A DNA stretch of 64,000 bases from a virus: the IMG/VR virus record IMGVR_UViG_3300035698_004130, positions 38,678 through 102,677 of that record. One strand, written 5' to 3'. Below are positions 37,551 through 48,156 of this stretch, in pieces. Both the position numbers and the translations under genes were made by a program. The notes under the pieces are model-generated. The model made no database searches. It was not told the DNA's origin and saw only the letters and a list, made by a program, of their open reading frames with translations. Position 1 is the first letter of the stretch, and each line of letters starts with the position of its first letter.

Positions 37551-40500
37551 TAGACTAATACCTCAACTTCATCAAGGGCGGCTGGGTAGCCAACGGATGC
37601 GAATGCTATTTGAACTCTACTATATGATTCTATAAATTGTCTGTAGTCTGCTCTTGAGCCATTAGTATCAGCGATTAGGTAGGGATGATCTGAATCATTT
37701 GCAACTCTCGATGCTTGCCCTCTAAGGGCTCCTGCTCCTCCAACGATTTTATTCCAGAACTTGAATATTCCTTGAACTTGGGATTTTGAAGTTGGAACAC
37801 GTATAGGGTAACAATCGTCAACTGCAATAACCTCTGAGCGTTGCTTGAGGGTTAAGTCCTGCATTTTGATTGAATCAAGAAGCATAAACTGTTTTGGTTT
37901 AGCTGAGTTCGGAATCATGAACAATTCTACAACATAGCTTTGATCCTTCCTGTGTAGTTGCCCAAAGGCTTTAAGATATTCGTTGTTTAAGATTTGTTGT
38001 CTATTATCTGTAGTGAAAGTAAACTTTAGATTTTGGAAGTCAGCTTCCTTGATTCCCACAATTGGGGAAGAGGATAGAACAGTATTGTTAGCAAGGTAAA
38101 TACATTCAAATGTAGTTGCTTCCTCCTCAAGCTCTTCTTGGGTCTTCTCTCTTAGTGGAAGGTGGAATAGAGTTGAGTAGCTTACTACTTCATCCTGCTT
38201 TATAATTGCAGGGTGTTGGACCCAAAATCCATCTTGGTTGAGACTCCACATCCTACCCAGTTCAGGCTTAGTGTGAACCCAGACTCCAATGGTTCTATCC
38301 CCAAACTTCTGGCCCTTGAGTTCTGTAACTAGTAACTTAGCATCAACCTCAAACTTATGTTCGGGCAGTAGGAAGTTCTCAGTGATTGGGTAAGAAGCAG
38401 GGGAAGAGTGCTTCTTCATGTCCATTCTAATTCTACCAAACCCATCTAGTGATCTATTCTGGATGAAGGTTCGATTATACATGTAGTCGTCATCGGTTGA
38501 GGACTTTCCTACAGGATCAATCTTAAACACTTGGAATCCATTATCCTCCGAGATACCGGAAGTTTGGATAAGCTCAACAGCATCAATAATACCTGAGTTA
38601 ACATACTCAAAGGTGTCAACATACATGTCATCGCTACTACTAGCAATATACACTCCGGCACTACTAGCTTGGAATCCATTTTTATTATTTAGATTATCCA
38701 AGGCAGATAGAGATGCAGTTACAAACCCTGCCGCACCTAGAGTATCAAACTCACTGTTATACAGGAGAGGCCCAAAGGTGTGAGAGTAAATGTTAGCACC
38801 ATCCTGGTAGTGCATATGATCGGATAATTGATGCCTAGCAAAATGGGTTGTGTAGTCCTTGTAGAAGAGATGGAATTCCTTCCCAAACCCAAAGTTATAG
38901 AAATCGTTGACGCTTTCCGGGAACCATCCGTCAGACTCTGTAGCAGAGTTTGCGTATGCTTGATACACATTTCTAACCTCTAGGGCTTCAGTTGTTGCTG
39001 ATCCATAAGCAGCAGAAGCTTCCCAATACTTTATGTCTTCCTTTAGAGAGTGAATGATAGCATAGAATTCTGGTAGCTGGCATCTATCATTGTGCCAATC
39101 AACAAGACCTAAACCTGTGTGCCCTCTTCCTATAAGAGCATCGCTAACTGTGTAGCCGTAGAAGGTTGAGCTAGAGTTGATACCCTGGCACACTGAGTAT
39201 ACCGCAGGTAAGTTAACATGGTCTGGAATGCTTTCAAAGCTTAGTGAGCTAGGAATGAATCCCAAAGGAATCCCACTCAAGCCTGAAAGCATGTAGTGGG
39301 ATGTAGGCATGTTAAACCCTGTCCTATCGTAATAGCCATTCTTGGGAGCTAGCTTCTCATAGGATCTTCTTCTTAGGGAATATCTACTTAGGTTTGAAGC
39401 ATTATTTGAGGCGTTGGTGTATAGAGGATCCATACGGCTAACCAAGTCCTTACGGGAGAAGGATCCTGCTGCCCCACCTAAACCTCTTTTGAATGAGGAA
39501 ATACTAATTCCAGAAGTGATCCAGTTCCTACAGTAAGATCCACCGTCAGCTTCGTCAACTGATGGCATAACCATGGGCATGGCCGAAGATTGGAAATTAA
39601 TGTAGTCTACTGTTGATAGGGTTAGACTAACTAAGGGAATTGAGTGAGCCGGAACAAAGGAATTTAATACCTTGGAAGCCAGCACGACTGCATCCCCAGA
39701 ATCAATATCGTCTGAGTTCTTCTTGGTGAAATCAAACTCGGAAGCATCAAATACTAACTTGAAGTGAGACGACTTACCCGACCATAGGGAAGCATACTCA
39801 AAGTTCTTGTTATTAAGGTTTAGGATAAGGTTGTTTAGGTTTGGTGGACTGTTATACCCAGAAGTGAATAGCAACCAACTTGAAGTTCGGGGTTCTTCAT
39901 CAACCTCCAAAGCATTGGTTGTTACGAAATCTTTAAACTGAAAAGCAAACAATTGGTTGACTCCAAAACATACAAGTCTATCTGTGATGAAATCAAGCAT
40001 CTCCTTCGTCATTTCAACATTGACGTAGTATGGATATTCTTCGAAGGGAGGGATAGGATAAACCTTTCCTCTGTAGCGGAAACCGTCTTCTTGGTTAGGG
40101 ATATTGAATGCTTCCGGGAACTTCAGGAAAGTCTCGTAAAGGATTCTATCCGTAGCGTGCTTAACATTATCATCCATGCTGGATGCAGAGTAGCCAACCA
40201 CATTCATATATGCTGCAATATCTGGATACCAGTTCTGGAAGGATTCAAAGTAGACTGATTCTGTAGCTAGTGAGTAGTGAATCAGGAATGGAATGTAGGA
40301 TTCCCATAACTCTGTGATACGAGACTCAATACTGAAGATATCCTTGGGGAACACAGTATTAAGTGCGAATTGAACAGACTGCTTAGTTCCAACCTTCTTG
40401 TAAACTTCTACAGCATTCTTAAGTTGTAATCTCCATCTTTCTGGGTTAGATCCAAACAGATCCCATCCGATCAGATCCGCTAGAAGAGGTAGGAACTCGT

Positions 40501-41425
40501 CTGGGCAGTCATCGATATCATACACTGTCTCTAGGAGATCAGTGTCACTACTCATATCAAATGCAGCGAACGAGATAGCTCTTAGTAGTCTGGAGAAGGG
40601 TCCAGCCGGGATCTTGTCCGTAGTTTGTAGGTCAGCGGTGATAAAGGTATCAAACTTGTCTCTAACAGTGAAGTCCGAACGATCTGCGTATAATGGAGAG
40701 TAGATAACATCCATCCAAGTTTGGAGATTATCTAATTGCTGCGTTCCACTTGTGAACTCCCCCCCAGCACTTGCAAAGGTAGCAGAGGGGTAGTAGGCAA
40801 GGTCATTACGCCAGATGAATTCTGACAAACCTTTCATGCAGTCGTTAAGGGCAATTGGCTCTCCTGCATATGTTTTCTCTACCAGTATGTTCTTTACAAA
40901 AGATGAGGGATCGTAGGTAGCTGCTGATGTGTTCAGGAAATACAACCATGAAAGATTCTCAATCAGGTAGTTGTGAGTAGCTGAAGGAGCATCTGTAAGG
41001 TGGAATGATGAGGTTGGAGCGTTTATTGCTATTGAGGGCAGTAGCTCGTCTTCAAGGTAATCTGCGAAGGATCCGCTAGTTTTGAAGTCTGAGAATGACT
41101 TTCCAACTCTATTCAGAATCTTGGTTTCAAATCTCTCTGTGGTAAGGAAAGATAGATTATTCTGCTTAACGAAGTATGGGGCGATTCCTTCAAGGGTATC
41201 CATACTGCTGTAGGATGTATACTCAACTGCACTAATGAATAGCACAGAGGATACACTACTAGCAAAATCAATATGTTCATTAATTAGAACATCTACTAGG
41301 TCATCTTCTTTTCCAAAAGTTGCTAAATCTTCTTCCTTGTAGAGGTTAGGGACAATATAGTCCAGAGCCTCAAAGTAATTAGGTTTGAAGTAAGTTTGGC
41401 TGTTTAAGTAAGTCTTTCCTGACAT
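37550..41425 (-). CDS. Baseplate wedge protein (gp7/P2 gpI-like domain)
   Basis: DIDDCPDEFLPLLADLIGW...RLQLKNAVEVYKKVGT; PAHS; follows gp6-like gene. Confidence 0.75.
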   Translation of the reverse strand: MSGKTYLNSQTYFKPNYFEALDYIVPNLYKEEDLATFGKEDDLVDVLINEHIDFASSVSSVLFISAVEYTSYSSMDTLEGIAPYFVKQNNLSFLTTERFETKILNRVGKSFSDFKTSGSFADYLEDELLPSIAINAPTSSFHLTDAPSATHNYLIENLSWLYFLNTSAATYDPSSFVKNILVEKTYAGEPIALNDCMKGLSEFIWRNDLAYYPSATFASAGGEFTSGTQQLDNLQTWMDVIYSPLYADRSDFTVRDKFDTFITADLQTTDKIPAGPFSRLLRAISFAAFDMSSDTDLLETVYDIDDCPDEFLPLLADLIGWDLFGSNPERWRLQLKNAVEVYKKVGTKQSVQFALNTVFPKDIFSIESRITELWESYIPFLIHYSLATESVYFESFQNWYPDIAAYMNVVGYSASSMDDNVKHATDRILYETFLKFPEAFNIPNQEDGFRYRGKVYPIPPFEEYPYYVNVEMTKEMLDFITDRLVCFGVNQLFAFQFKDFVTTNALEVDEEPRTSSWLLFTSGYNSPPNLNNLILNLNNKNFEYASLWSGKSSHFKLVFDASEFDFTKKNSDDIDSGDAVVLASKVLNSFVPAHSIPLVSLTLSTVDYINFQSSAMPMVMPSVDEADGGSYCRNWITSGISISSFKRGLGGAAGSFSRKDLVSRMDPLYTNASNNASNLSRYSLRRRSYEKLAPKNGYYDRTGFNMPTSHYMLSGLSGIPLGFIPSSLSFESIPDHVNLPAVYSVCQGINSSSTFYGYTVSDALIGRGHTGLGLVDWHNDRCQLPEFYAIIHSLKEDIKYWEASAAYGSATTEALEVRNVYQAYANSATESDGWFPESVNDFYNFGFGKEFHLFYKDYTTHFARHQLSDHMHYQDGANIYSHTFGPLLYNSEFDTLGAAGFVTASLSALDNLNNKNGFQASSAGVYIASSSDDMYVDTFEYVNSGIIDAVELIQTSGISEDNGFQVFKIDPVGKSSTDDDYMYNRTFIQNRSLDGFGRIRMDMKKHSSPASYPITENFLLPEHKFEVDAKLLVTELKGQKFGDRTIGVWVHTKPELGRMWSLNQDGFWVQHPAIIKQDEVVSYSTLFHLPLREKTQEELEEEATTFECIYLANNTVLSSSPIVGIKEADFQNLKFTFTTDNRQQILNNEYLKAFGQLHRKDQSYVVELFMIPNSAKPKQFMLLDSIKMQDLTLKQRSEVIAVDDCYPIRVPTSKSQVQGIFKFWNKIVGGAGALRGQASRVANDSDHPYLIADTNGSRADYRQFIESYSRVQIAFASVGYPAALDEVEVLV

Positions 41426-43017
41426 TATAGGTATGCGGAGTTGATGGTTAGGTTATTTAGCTGAATAACCTCGTTGTAGGCTACTTTAATAGTCCTATCA
41501 ATATTGTCTACTTCAGCATACCTAATCTCATTAATGTCGAGGAGGAATTTCACTAGATCCTGAGGAATAAATGATTCCCCAAAGTCTGTGTTATCCACAT
41601 TGAAATACTCTAGGATTCTTGCTTTCGTTCGCCCAACAATCTGGGATTCATTATTCTTATACTTGGAATCAATGGTAATCGTTAGGATAACATCCATGGT
41701 TCTGATAAGGCCATCCACTACTACAGGCTCGTCTGTGAGCATCTTTTTCTCCGATAGAGCGACAATTAACTGTCTCTTGTATTCTGGAGTGGCTTTACGG
41801 AGTTGAGTGTTCGATGACTTTTCAAGAACAAAAAGGTCGATAATGTTAGCTGAGGAGTAAGCTCTTCGCACAACTGCATTAGCCTTCCCGGTTGATCCGT
41901 AATTGGAAACAAAGGTATTGATGAATCCCTTGTAATCAACAAGGGTAACAAGTCTGTCCTGTCGTCTGAATGTGATTGGGGCATATCTCTTGGCATGGGC
42001 AACTGATTCAGCATCCGACCCACCAGTTCCAATACTTATGTTTTCTAGGACTCCTATATCGGGGGATACTTCGCTATCAAGCGTTCCCTCAATGGGAGCG
42101 TTCAGGAAGCTTGTAGCAATGTTTCCTCTGGACCCACCACCAACTCTATAGGATACTGTGTAGGTATCACCAACGGCAGGGGATAGTCCAACAGTGGAAT
42201 CTCCGAATAGGATAGATGCAGTAAAGTTATCGTTTGTGGTTACCTGGAACACCTTATCACTCGCTCCTGAAGCGAAGTAGATATTGTCCTCTTCGGAGTA
42301 GACTCCAGTGGTCGCCTCAGATCCCGTGATAAAGATCTGAGCACTCCTTTCGACGTAAGGGAACTGAGATAGGGAAATGCTCTTAATCGTGTCTGGTGAC
42401 TGGAACACGCCAGACTCAACAACTAGTGCTCCCTCTAGTAGAACTGCATCTGTGATGATTACAGTTCCATTAGAAGCACTAGCTCCGAATACAAGGTCAT
42501 TACTGTTTTGATCTAGGTCGATAGTTCCATCAGTTTTCACCTTATACAATGTGAAGGATAGTGATCCTCCATCCTCTGGGGAAGTAATACTTGTGACTCT
42601 GTTTGCGGGGGTAACAGTGAAGGATGATGGGGAAGCGATTGAGGGAGGAGTAATAGTGATCGAGGCATTTGCGGCGGCTGAGATCGGGCCTTTCATCCTT
42701 ACACCAACTAGCTCCAGAAGCTTCTTAACACTGCTTCTACTTCTAGCGGTTTTGAGATAGTTCTCATTTGCTAGGTAGTCGGCCTTGTTAGCCTGGATAT
42801 GCCCTACAGCAGCCATCAACTCAATCAGCATGATACCAAAATCAGACTCAGAGAAGTTGTTGTAATCTAGGGGGTAAGTAGCCTTAACATACTTGATTAA
42901 TGAAGTCCGAATAGACGCAAAGTCGGAAGCAGAAAAATCAATTAATTTCTCCTTGTTGTCTAGATTAGAAGGAAGAAACTTTAAAAAATCAGATTGGACT
43001 GTTCCTGTAAATACCAT
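41425..43017 (-). CDS. gp6: Baseplate wedge subunit (gp6/baseplate J-like)
   Basis: DF.SIR..L, NENYL.TA, FGD..VG..P, GG.RGN, GGSDAES, QDRLVT..DY. Confidence 0.9.
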   Translation of the reverse strand: MVFTGTVQSDFLKFLPSNLDNKEKLIDFSASDFASIRTSLIKYVKATYPLDYNNFSESDFGIMLIELMAAVGHIQANKADYLANENYLKTARSRSSVKKLLELVGVRMKGPISAAANASITITPPSIASPSSFTVTPANRVTSITSPEDGGSLSFTLYKVKTDGTIDLDQNSNDLVFGASASNGTVIITDAVLLEGALVVESGVFQSPDTIKSISLSQFPYVERSAQIFITGSEATTGVYSEEDNIYFASGASDKVFQVTTNDNFTASILFGDSTVGLSPAVGDTYTVSYRVGGGSRGNIATSFLNAPIEGTLDSEVSPDIGVLENISIGTGGSDAESVAHAKRYAPITFRRQDRLVTLVDYKGFINTFVSNYGSTGKANAVVRRAYSSANIIDLFVLEKSSNTQLRKATPEYKRQLIVALSEKKMLTDEPVVVDGLIRTMDVILTITIDSKYKNNESQIVGRTKARILEYFNVDNTDFGESFIPQDLVKFLLDINEIRYAEVDNIDRTIKVAYNEVIQLNNLTINSAYL

Positions 43018-43460
43018 TATACCTCTAGGTCAATTTTGAAATTGACTAACTCATTCTCTTTTAGGGCACAAAATAAACTAACTTTGATGCCTCCTGTTCT
43101 GGTTTCTAAAACTCTAAGCTTAGTAACCTTAACACTCCTTAGATATCTATTAAACGACACTCTAACCTCGTCTCTAATCGCATGGAATGTTGCTTCATCA
43201 ACAGGCTCCATAAGAAACCTTCTAAGGCTACATCCAAAGTCTGGTAGCATAAACCTTTCACCTCTCTCTGTCCTAATAACCGCCTTAATGGCAGCTTTAA
43301 CTAACTCCAATCCAGATGATTTGGAGAAGTAGCCCTTTCCGGGGTTATCTACTAAAGGATACCTCATACCCACAGACTTGCTGGTTTTTAGGGTCATATC
43401 CTTTTCTGCATAAGAAGGAACTATCTTACCATAGGTTGTTGTGGATGTGGGAATTGCCAT
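43017..43460 (-). CDS. gp25: Baseplate wedge subunit / sheath initiator (gp25-like)
   Basis: T.RGERFMLPDFGCSL...LMEP. Confidence 0.9.
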   Translation of the reverse strand: MAIPTSTTTYGKIVPSYAEKDMTLKTSKSVGMRYPLVDNPGKGYFSKSSGLELVKAAIKAVIRTERGERFMLPDFGCSLRRFLMEPVDEATFHAIRDEVRVSFNRYLRSVKVTKLRVLETRTGGIKVSLFCALKENELVNFKIDLEV

Positions 43461-45457
43461 TAATATATTTCAAATCTGGTATCAACAAGTGCGCTAGCAT
43501 TAAATATGTCAATGATATCTCTTAGGTCCGTCATTAATCCATCATAGTATGTATCATACGCAGCCCAATCAATGTCGTTTGAGGGATTATCTCCCAAGTA
43601 GTAACAGTTTGAATCAGCATCACATAACAAGTCAGTCTTTCCTAGGGAGGTTAATCCAAACTTTTGGTCCTTGGTGGGATTAATAGTGGCTGATGCGTTA
43701 CTCAGCGCAAAGTAGGTGGAAGAGAATGCTAACGTATGTGCTGGAAGTAGGGGGCTACGATCATACTGGGAGCCTACAACCTCTGTGATGTAACCCAAAT
43801 AAATGTTAGTCTTCGTAAGAGTATAAATAATATTGTGTAACATCTCATTCCATGCTAGGATATGACTGTTCCTACTTATCCATCCAGTCGCAGTATCTGG
43901 GTAAGAGGCTAGCTCTACTGGGTAATCAGAGCTAACACTGTAAAGATTGTTAATATAGTTTTCAATTGTTAACCCACTAACGGATGACGACCATTTCTTA
44001 GATACGGAAAATTCTGATCCCATTGTAGGTGTGTATAACCTACTCCTAGTCTGCTGGCTTAGAGCGTTAAGGATAATCTCCGCAGCCTTAGAGTGATTCC
44101 ACTGGGTTTCTGTTGCGGATACTGTAGTAATAGGGTTATACTCCTTTTGGATAGCCGGAACACCCGACCAGTAACCACCATCTGCTCCACCATCGACTGA
44201 TACCCCCTTTTGAACAAAGGAACTTTGGAGTTGGCTTGGGGGGAACCACCCAGAGGATAAAGCAATACCCGCGTAAACTTCACCATCCCTCGATTGACGG
44301 AATTCACCATCCCAAAATAGCAAACCTTGGGAATCCCGGAACGGTTCTTCCGACATACCATAATCAATCATACCATCAAAGATCATCCCTCCATACCCAG
44401 CTTCATGCCAATTGGCAACTTCGAAGAATGGGAAGGATCCATTATTACTAAAGGATGCCTCATTATACATTCCAGGGACTCCAATCTCTTGAGCCCCCGA
44501 GATAGCCGCAGTAACAAAGTTAGATACCATAAACTTACTGTTATTATAAGGGTGCATAGACGCTACATTTATAACTGCGGAAAGTAAATGAAACCCATTT
44601 GGATACCCTGGGTGATCCCCATTACCATTTGATAATTGGTCAGGGTAAGGCTCATACCCCGCACCATTCCCTACAGTGATTGCAATATTTAAGGAGGATG
44701 CAAGTGCGCTCACTAGAAGGCAGGATGAGTAGGTGAGAGCGGAGGTTGGGACTCCAACCTTATCCTCTAGACCAAACTCATTAGCTAGATCCACAGACCA
44801 GAATGATTGGTAGGCTGAAACAGTTTCAATAATATCAGTTATAAAGGGTGCGCCACAGGTGGTATAAAAATCCAATTGTTGAGCTTCCGAGGAAACCTCA
44901 AACTTCATTGGAACTCTGTGCCAAGATGCGGTAAGGCCGTGTTCAAGAGCAGAAGCGGCTTCCAATCTGTTTTGAGGTGCAGCAGCGCCATAAACCGAAG
45001 GGGCCCCTGTCTCGTCAGCAGTGCCAAGTTGAATACCATCCCAAATAACTAACTGAACACGTATCTTAACCTTATCGCATAAATCCATAAAGTCAGCGAC
45101 ATTGGCTAGGTGAGTTTCTTTATCCCTATCCCACACATACATGTCTGTAAACACCCTAATAGTGTTTATGCCAATATTACGAAGTAGATTTAGGCAATGC
45201 TCATTATCCTCACGACTGTAATACCACCATTGAGTAGTCTTGTTGGCCCCCATGAAAACTTTATCGCCATCGTGCCCCACGAGTCCCGCTAGCGCGGCTG
45301 TTTCATGAGAGTATCGTGGCGTAAACCCTGATTTCTCCCACTCAGAGTGAGGGATGGGGTAGTAGTTTACCCCCCTACAGTTGGAATAGTAGGATAAAGC
45401 CCCAGCCGAGATAATTGGATTTTGAGGTTGTTTGGTGATGATGGCTTGTTTTGACAT
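43460..45457 (-). CDS. putative glycoside hydrolase (clan GH-A, GH5-like TIM barrel)
   Basis: RGVNY, IGINTIRVF, VDLANEF (acid/base Glu), ASMHPY, MYNEA (nucleophile Glu). Confidence 0.68.
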   Translation of the reverse strand: MSKQAIITKQPQNPIISAGALSYYSNCRGVNYYPIPHSEWEKSGFTPRYSHETAALAGLVGHDGDKVFMGANKTTQWWYYSREDNEHCLNLLRNIGINTIRVFTDMYVWDRDKETHLANVADFMDLCDKVKIRVQLVIWDGIQLGTADETGAPSVYGAAAPQNRLEAASALEHGLTASWHRVPMKFEVSSEAQQLDFYTTCGAPFITDIIETVSAYQSFWSVDLANEFGLEDKVGVPTSALTYSSCLLVSALASSLNIAITVGNGAGYEPYPDQLSNGNGDHPGYPNGFHLLSAVINVASMHPYNNSKFMVSNFVTAAISGAQEIGVPGMYNEASFSNNGSFPFFEVANWHEAGYGGMIFDGMIDYGMSEEPFRDSQGLLFWDGEFRQSRDGEVYAGIALSSGWFPPSQLQSSFVQKGVSVDGGADGGYWSGVPAIQKEYNPITTVSATETQWNHSKAAEIILNALSQQTRSRLYTPTMGSEFSVSKKWSSSVSGLTIENYINNLYSVSSDYPVELASYPDTATGWISRNSHILAWNEMLHNIIYTLTKTNIYLGYITEVVGSQYDRSPLLPAHTLAFSSTYFALSNASATINPTKDQKFGLTSLGKTDLLCDADSNCYYLGDNPSNDIDWAAYDTYYDGLMTDLRDIIDIFNASALVDTRFEIY

Positions 45458-48153
45458 TATTGAATATCAATAGGTTCCCACATGAGATTTGGGACTTCAA
45501 TGTTTTTAAAGAACGTTCTTGTTGCTTCAAAGTTGTGCTTAATTTGACTGGTTGTTAATGCTCTTGAGTAGAACTTGGTGTTTCCAAGATAACCTTTAAG
45601 GCCACTAATAGTTCCTCCATAAGTTCCTCCCATAAAATTTCCATTGGGATTACCATCAGTCCAACCCCCTCCTAGAATCCAAGGGCTAAAGTATGTATCC
45701 AAGGTAAGTCCCACGCCTGGGTAAGATAAAGAGTTTTCTTTCTTGATAGAAGGGATCCTAGGCATACCCTCTCTAGCACTCTTACCAAACACTGTTGTAT
45801 AACTTGATACAGAAAGTTTAACCCCATCAAGATACATTCGAACTTCATCTTTTACGGGATCCAGGGATACTGTGATCTGACAGAATTCTCTTCCGCATGA
45901 GGATAGGGATACGCCCTCCTGGGTTCCCCAAATAGGAGCAGTCATACCATGCCATCCTAATGTTTCATCACAATTTCCCCCAAGTGCAAACGACTTATTA
46001 ATAAACCCTACGGAGCTTGAGTCAAAAGACTGAGTTGGTGCTAGAACCAATACTGCGTTGGTTACAGGGTTATCCTCGGTCAAGTTGGAAGGTAGTTCCC
46101 CAGTGGTAAATCTTCTATCCCTAGTAAATCCTAAAATAAGTCCTCTAACTACATTACTACCTTCATCGGCCCTCATGTAGTTGATATCACTTTGGGAGCT
46201 TACAGTAGTTCCAAACCCAGTGTTTTCATTTGATAGAATAAGTCTGTAAAGTCCAGAAACACCATTCTCACCAAAACCATAGTTTACTCCGTCTAACTCT
46301 GGCACGTGCACCCAGGTTTCAAAGGTAGCTCCTTCAGAGCTATAAAGGAAATCTTGAAACTCCGGCTTTGGGGGAAGTCTAATGAAGTTGCCAGTTGAGC
46401 TATAGGTTAGATCCTCTGATGATAGCTTCATAACTCCATCAAGATATGCAATACCCAATCCTCTATCAAATACAGAGGAAGCAGTTGAGGCTACTAATTG
46501 AGCGTTGTATTCAATTCCATTACTATTGCTATTGTGTAACTGGAACTCAACACTCTCTGGCCTATCAACCTGTGCGGTTAGGTAGTTATACATAGCGAAT
46601 AACTCATCTCCGATAACCGTCTGGTTAACTGATAGGCTGGGTGCTGATACGGCATTTGGATCTGTGCTGATGATAGTTCCAGATGCAATGTTATTGATTA
46701 ATAAATGTTCGAATACGATTGGATCTGTAACATCTAGCTGTTGTGTAAACTTAACCTCCAGGGGTAGAACAACTCCAGAAACGTCAGACTGATTTAGGAC
46801 GATGCTTCTCTGCTTCTCCACATCAACTAAAAAGTTAATACCCTCAAGATAGGAGAAGTCGTTAATAGGAATTTCTCCCGGTTGGAAGTAGAACTCGTTT
46901 CTATACAGTGCAGGGAGCTTGACAGCAAGTTCAATCTGCTTCTTCCTCTTATTAATCTTATCGATGAAGTGGGAGGTCTCTGACAGCATCACTTGACGCA
47001 TGTTGGCAATTAGAATCTGTGAGGATCCTGATGCCTCTAGTGCTCCAATGTAAGCTGAAACATCATAGATTTTTCTATTCTTATTACCAATAAGGTCTAG
47101 TAGGAGGTTATCCTGGGTGTAGTAGTTGGTTAGGAAATCAGAATCGTCAACTACGTTAGGATCTAAGATAGTATCAAAGTATTGCCTTAAACTCTCAGTG
47201 CTTGTTGGAACACCTCTTCCTCCAAGGTTTGGATCGTATTCAAGTTTCCAGTTACTCTCTGATGGGAGTTCAAGCCTTCTCTGCTCAATATCCATAAGGG
47301 CAGGAATGATACCACTAGTTTGTGAGTCATAGTATAGCCCGTCAATTGAAAGAACAAATCTACCATTCTTTGAGACAGGAGGACCAAAATTTAATCTAAA
47401 TACCTCTTCTGATAGGGTTTCCTCTGGTTGGCCAAGATTAGAGTTAGTGCCAGATAAAATAGAAGCATAGTCATCCCTAAACTCAGGCTCTAGGGAAGGG
47501 TCTTGAAGTCTAGCAGTAATGATCGCATCAACATTAGCTAGAAGGGAGTCTGCCTTGTCTGCGAAAGTTTGTGCGTCCTTTGCGTCCTGTAGCTCAATAC
47601 CAAATTGTGAGTTGAGCATGGCACTATAGGCTTCTGGATTAAGCCTTGATAACTCTTCCTTCTTAGCTCCTGCGTTACCTCCAGAATAATCCAGGTAATC
47701 CTTGAAGGAACCAAGGCAGTCAGAGATTGAATCAATTTGAGCTTGGGTGTTTTGATAGTTGTTGTAGAGTTGGCCTGCAAATCCAGCAGCGGCACCAGCA
47801 GCACCTAGAACTCCACCAAGAGCCCCAAGGAACCCGCCTTCATCTGAATCCAACCCATTCTTTGAGGAGTCAGATACGAAGCGGAAAATACCGTCCTCAG
47901 TATCATACTCAATGCCTCCGGTCAGGTATCTAAGTTTACCGAACAATGCTTTAGTTACATCGTTGGCTCTAGCAGAACCGTTTGCAGCAGATCCTCTAAT
48001 CCCATTTAAAACAGGAGAGGGTAGAAGTGTTAAAACATCTGTGGTAAGGTTTACCATACATGATGGCATACCAAATGCGGTCCCTAAGGCTCCTACAGGT
48101 CCACCTCCTTTTCCGGTTAATTCAAAAAATGTTTTACTATCAAATGTGGCCAT
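45457..48153 (-). CDS. virion protein with C-terminal LamG/concanavalin-like domain
   Basis: TFETWV, MYLDG, LKGYLG..KFYSRALT..QIKHNF. Confidence 0.7.
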   Translation of the reverse strand: MATFDSKTFFELTGKGGGPVGALGTAFGMPSCMVNLTTDVLTLLPSPVLNGIRGSAANGSARANDVTKALFGKLRYLTGGIEYDTEDGIFRFVSDSSKNGLDSDEGGFLGALGGVLGAAGAAAGFAGQLYNNYQNTQAQIDSISDCLGSFKDYLDYSGGNAGAKKEELSRLNPEAYSAMLNSQFGIELQDAKDAQTFADKADSLLANVDAIITARLQDPSLEPEFRDDYASILSGTNSNLGQPEETLSEEVFRLNFGPPVSKNGRFVLSIDGLYYDSQTSGIIPALMDIEQRRLELPSESNWKLEYDPNLGGRGVPTSTESLRQYFDTILDPNVVDDSDFLTNYYTQDNLLLDLIGNKNRKIYDVSAYIGALEASGSSQILIANMRQVMLSETSHFIDKINKRKKQIELAVKLPALYRNEFYFQPGEIPINDFSYLEGINFLVDVEKQRSIVLNQSDVSGVVLPLEVKFTQQLDVTDPIVFEHLLINNIASGTIISTDPNAVSAPSLSVNQTVIGDELFAMYNYLTAQVDRPESVEFQLHNSNSNGIEYNAQLVASTASSVFDRGLGIAYLDGVMKLSSEDLTYSSTGNFIRLPPKPEFQDFLYSSEGATFETWVHVPELDGVNYGFGENGVSGLYRLILSNENTGFGTTVSSQSDINYMRADEGSNVVRGLILGFTRDRRFTTGELPSNLTEDNPVTNAVLVLAPTQSFDSSSVGFINKSFALGGNCDETLGWHGMTAPIWGTQEGVSLSSCGREFCQITVSLDPVKDEVRMYLDGVKLSVSSYTTVFGKSAREGMPRIPSIKKENSLSYPGVGLTLDTYFSPWILGGGWTDGNPNGNFMGGTYGGTISGLKGYLGNTKFYSRALTTSQIKHNFEATRTFFKNIEVPNLMWEPIDIQ

Positions 48154-48156
48154 TGG

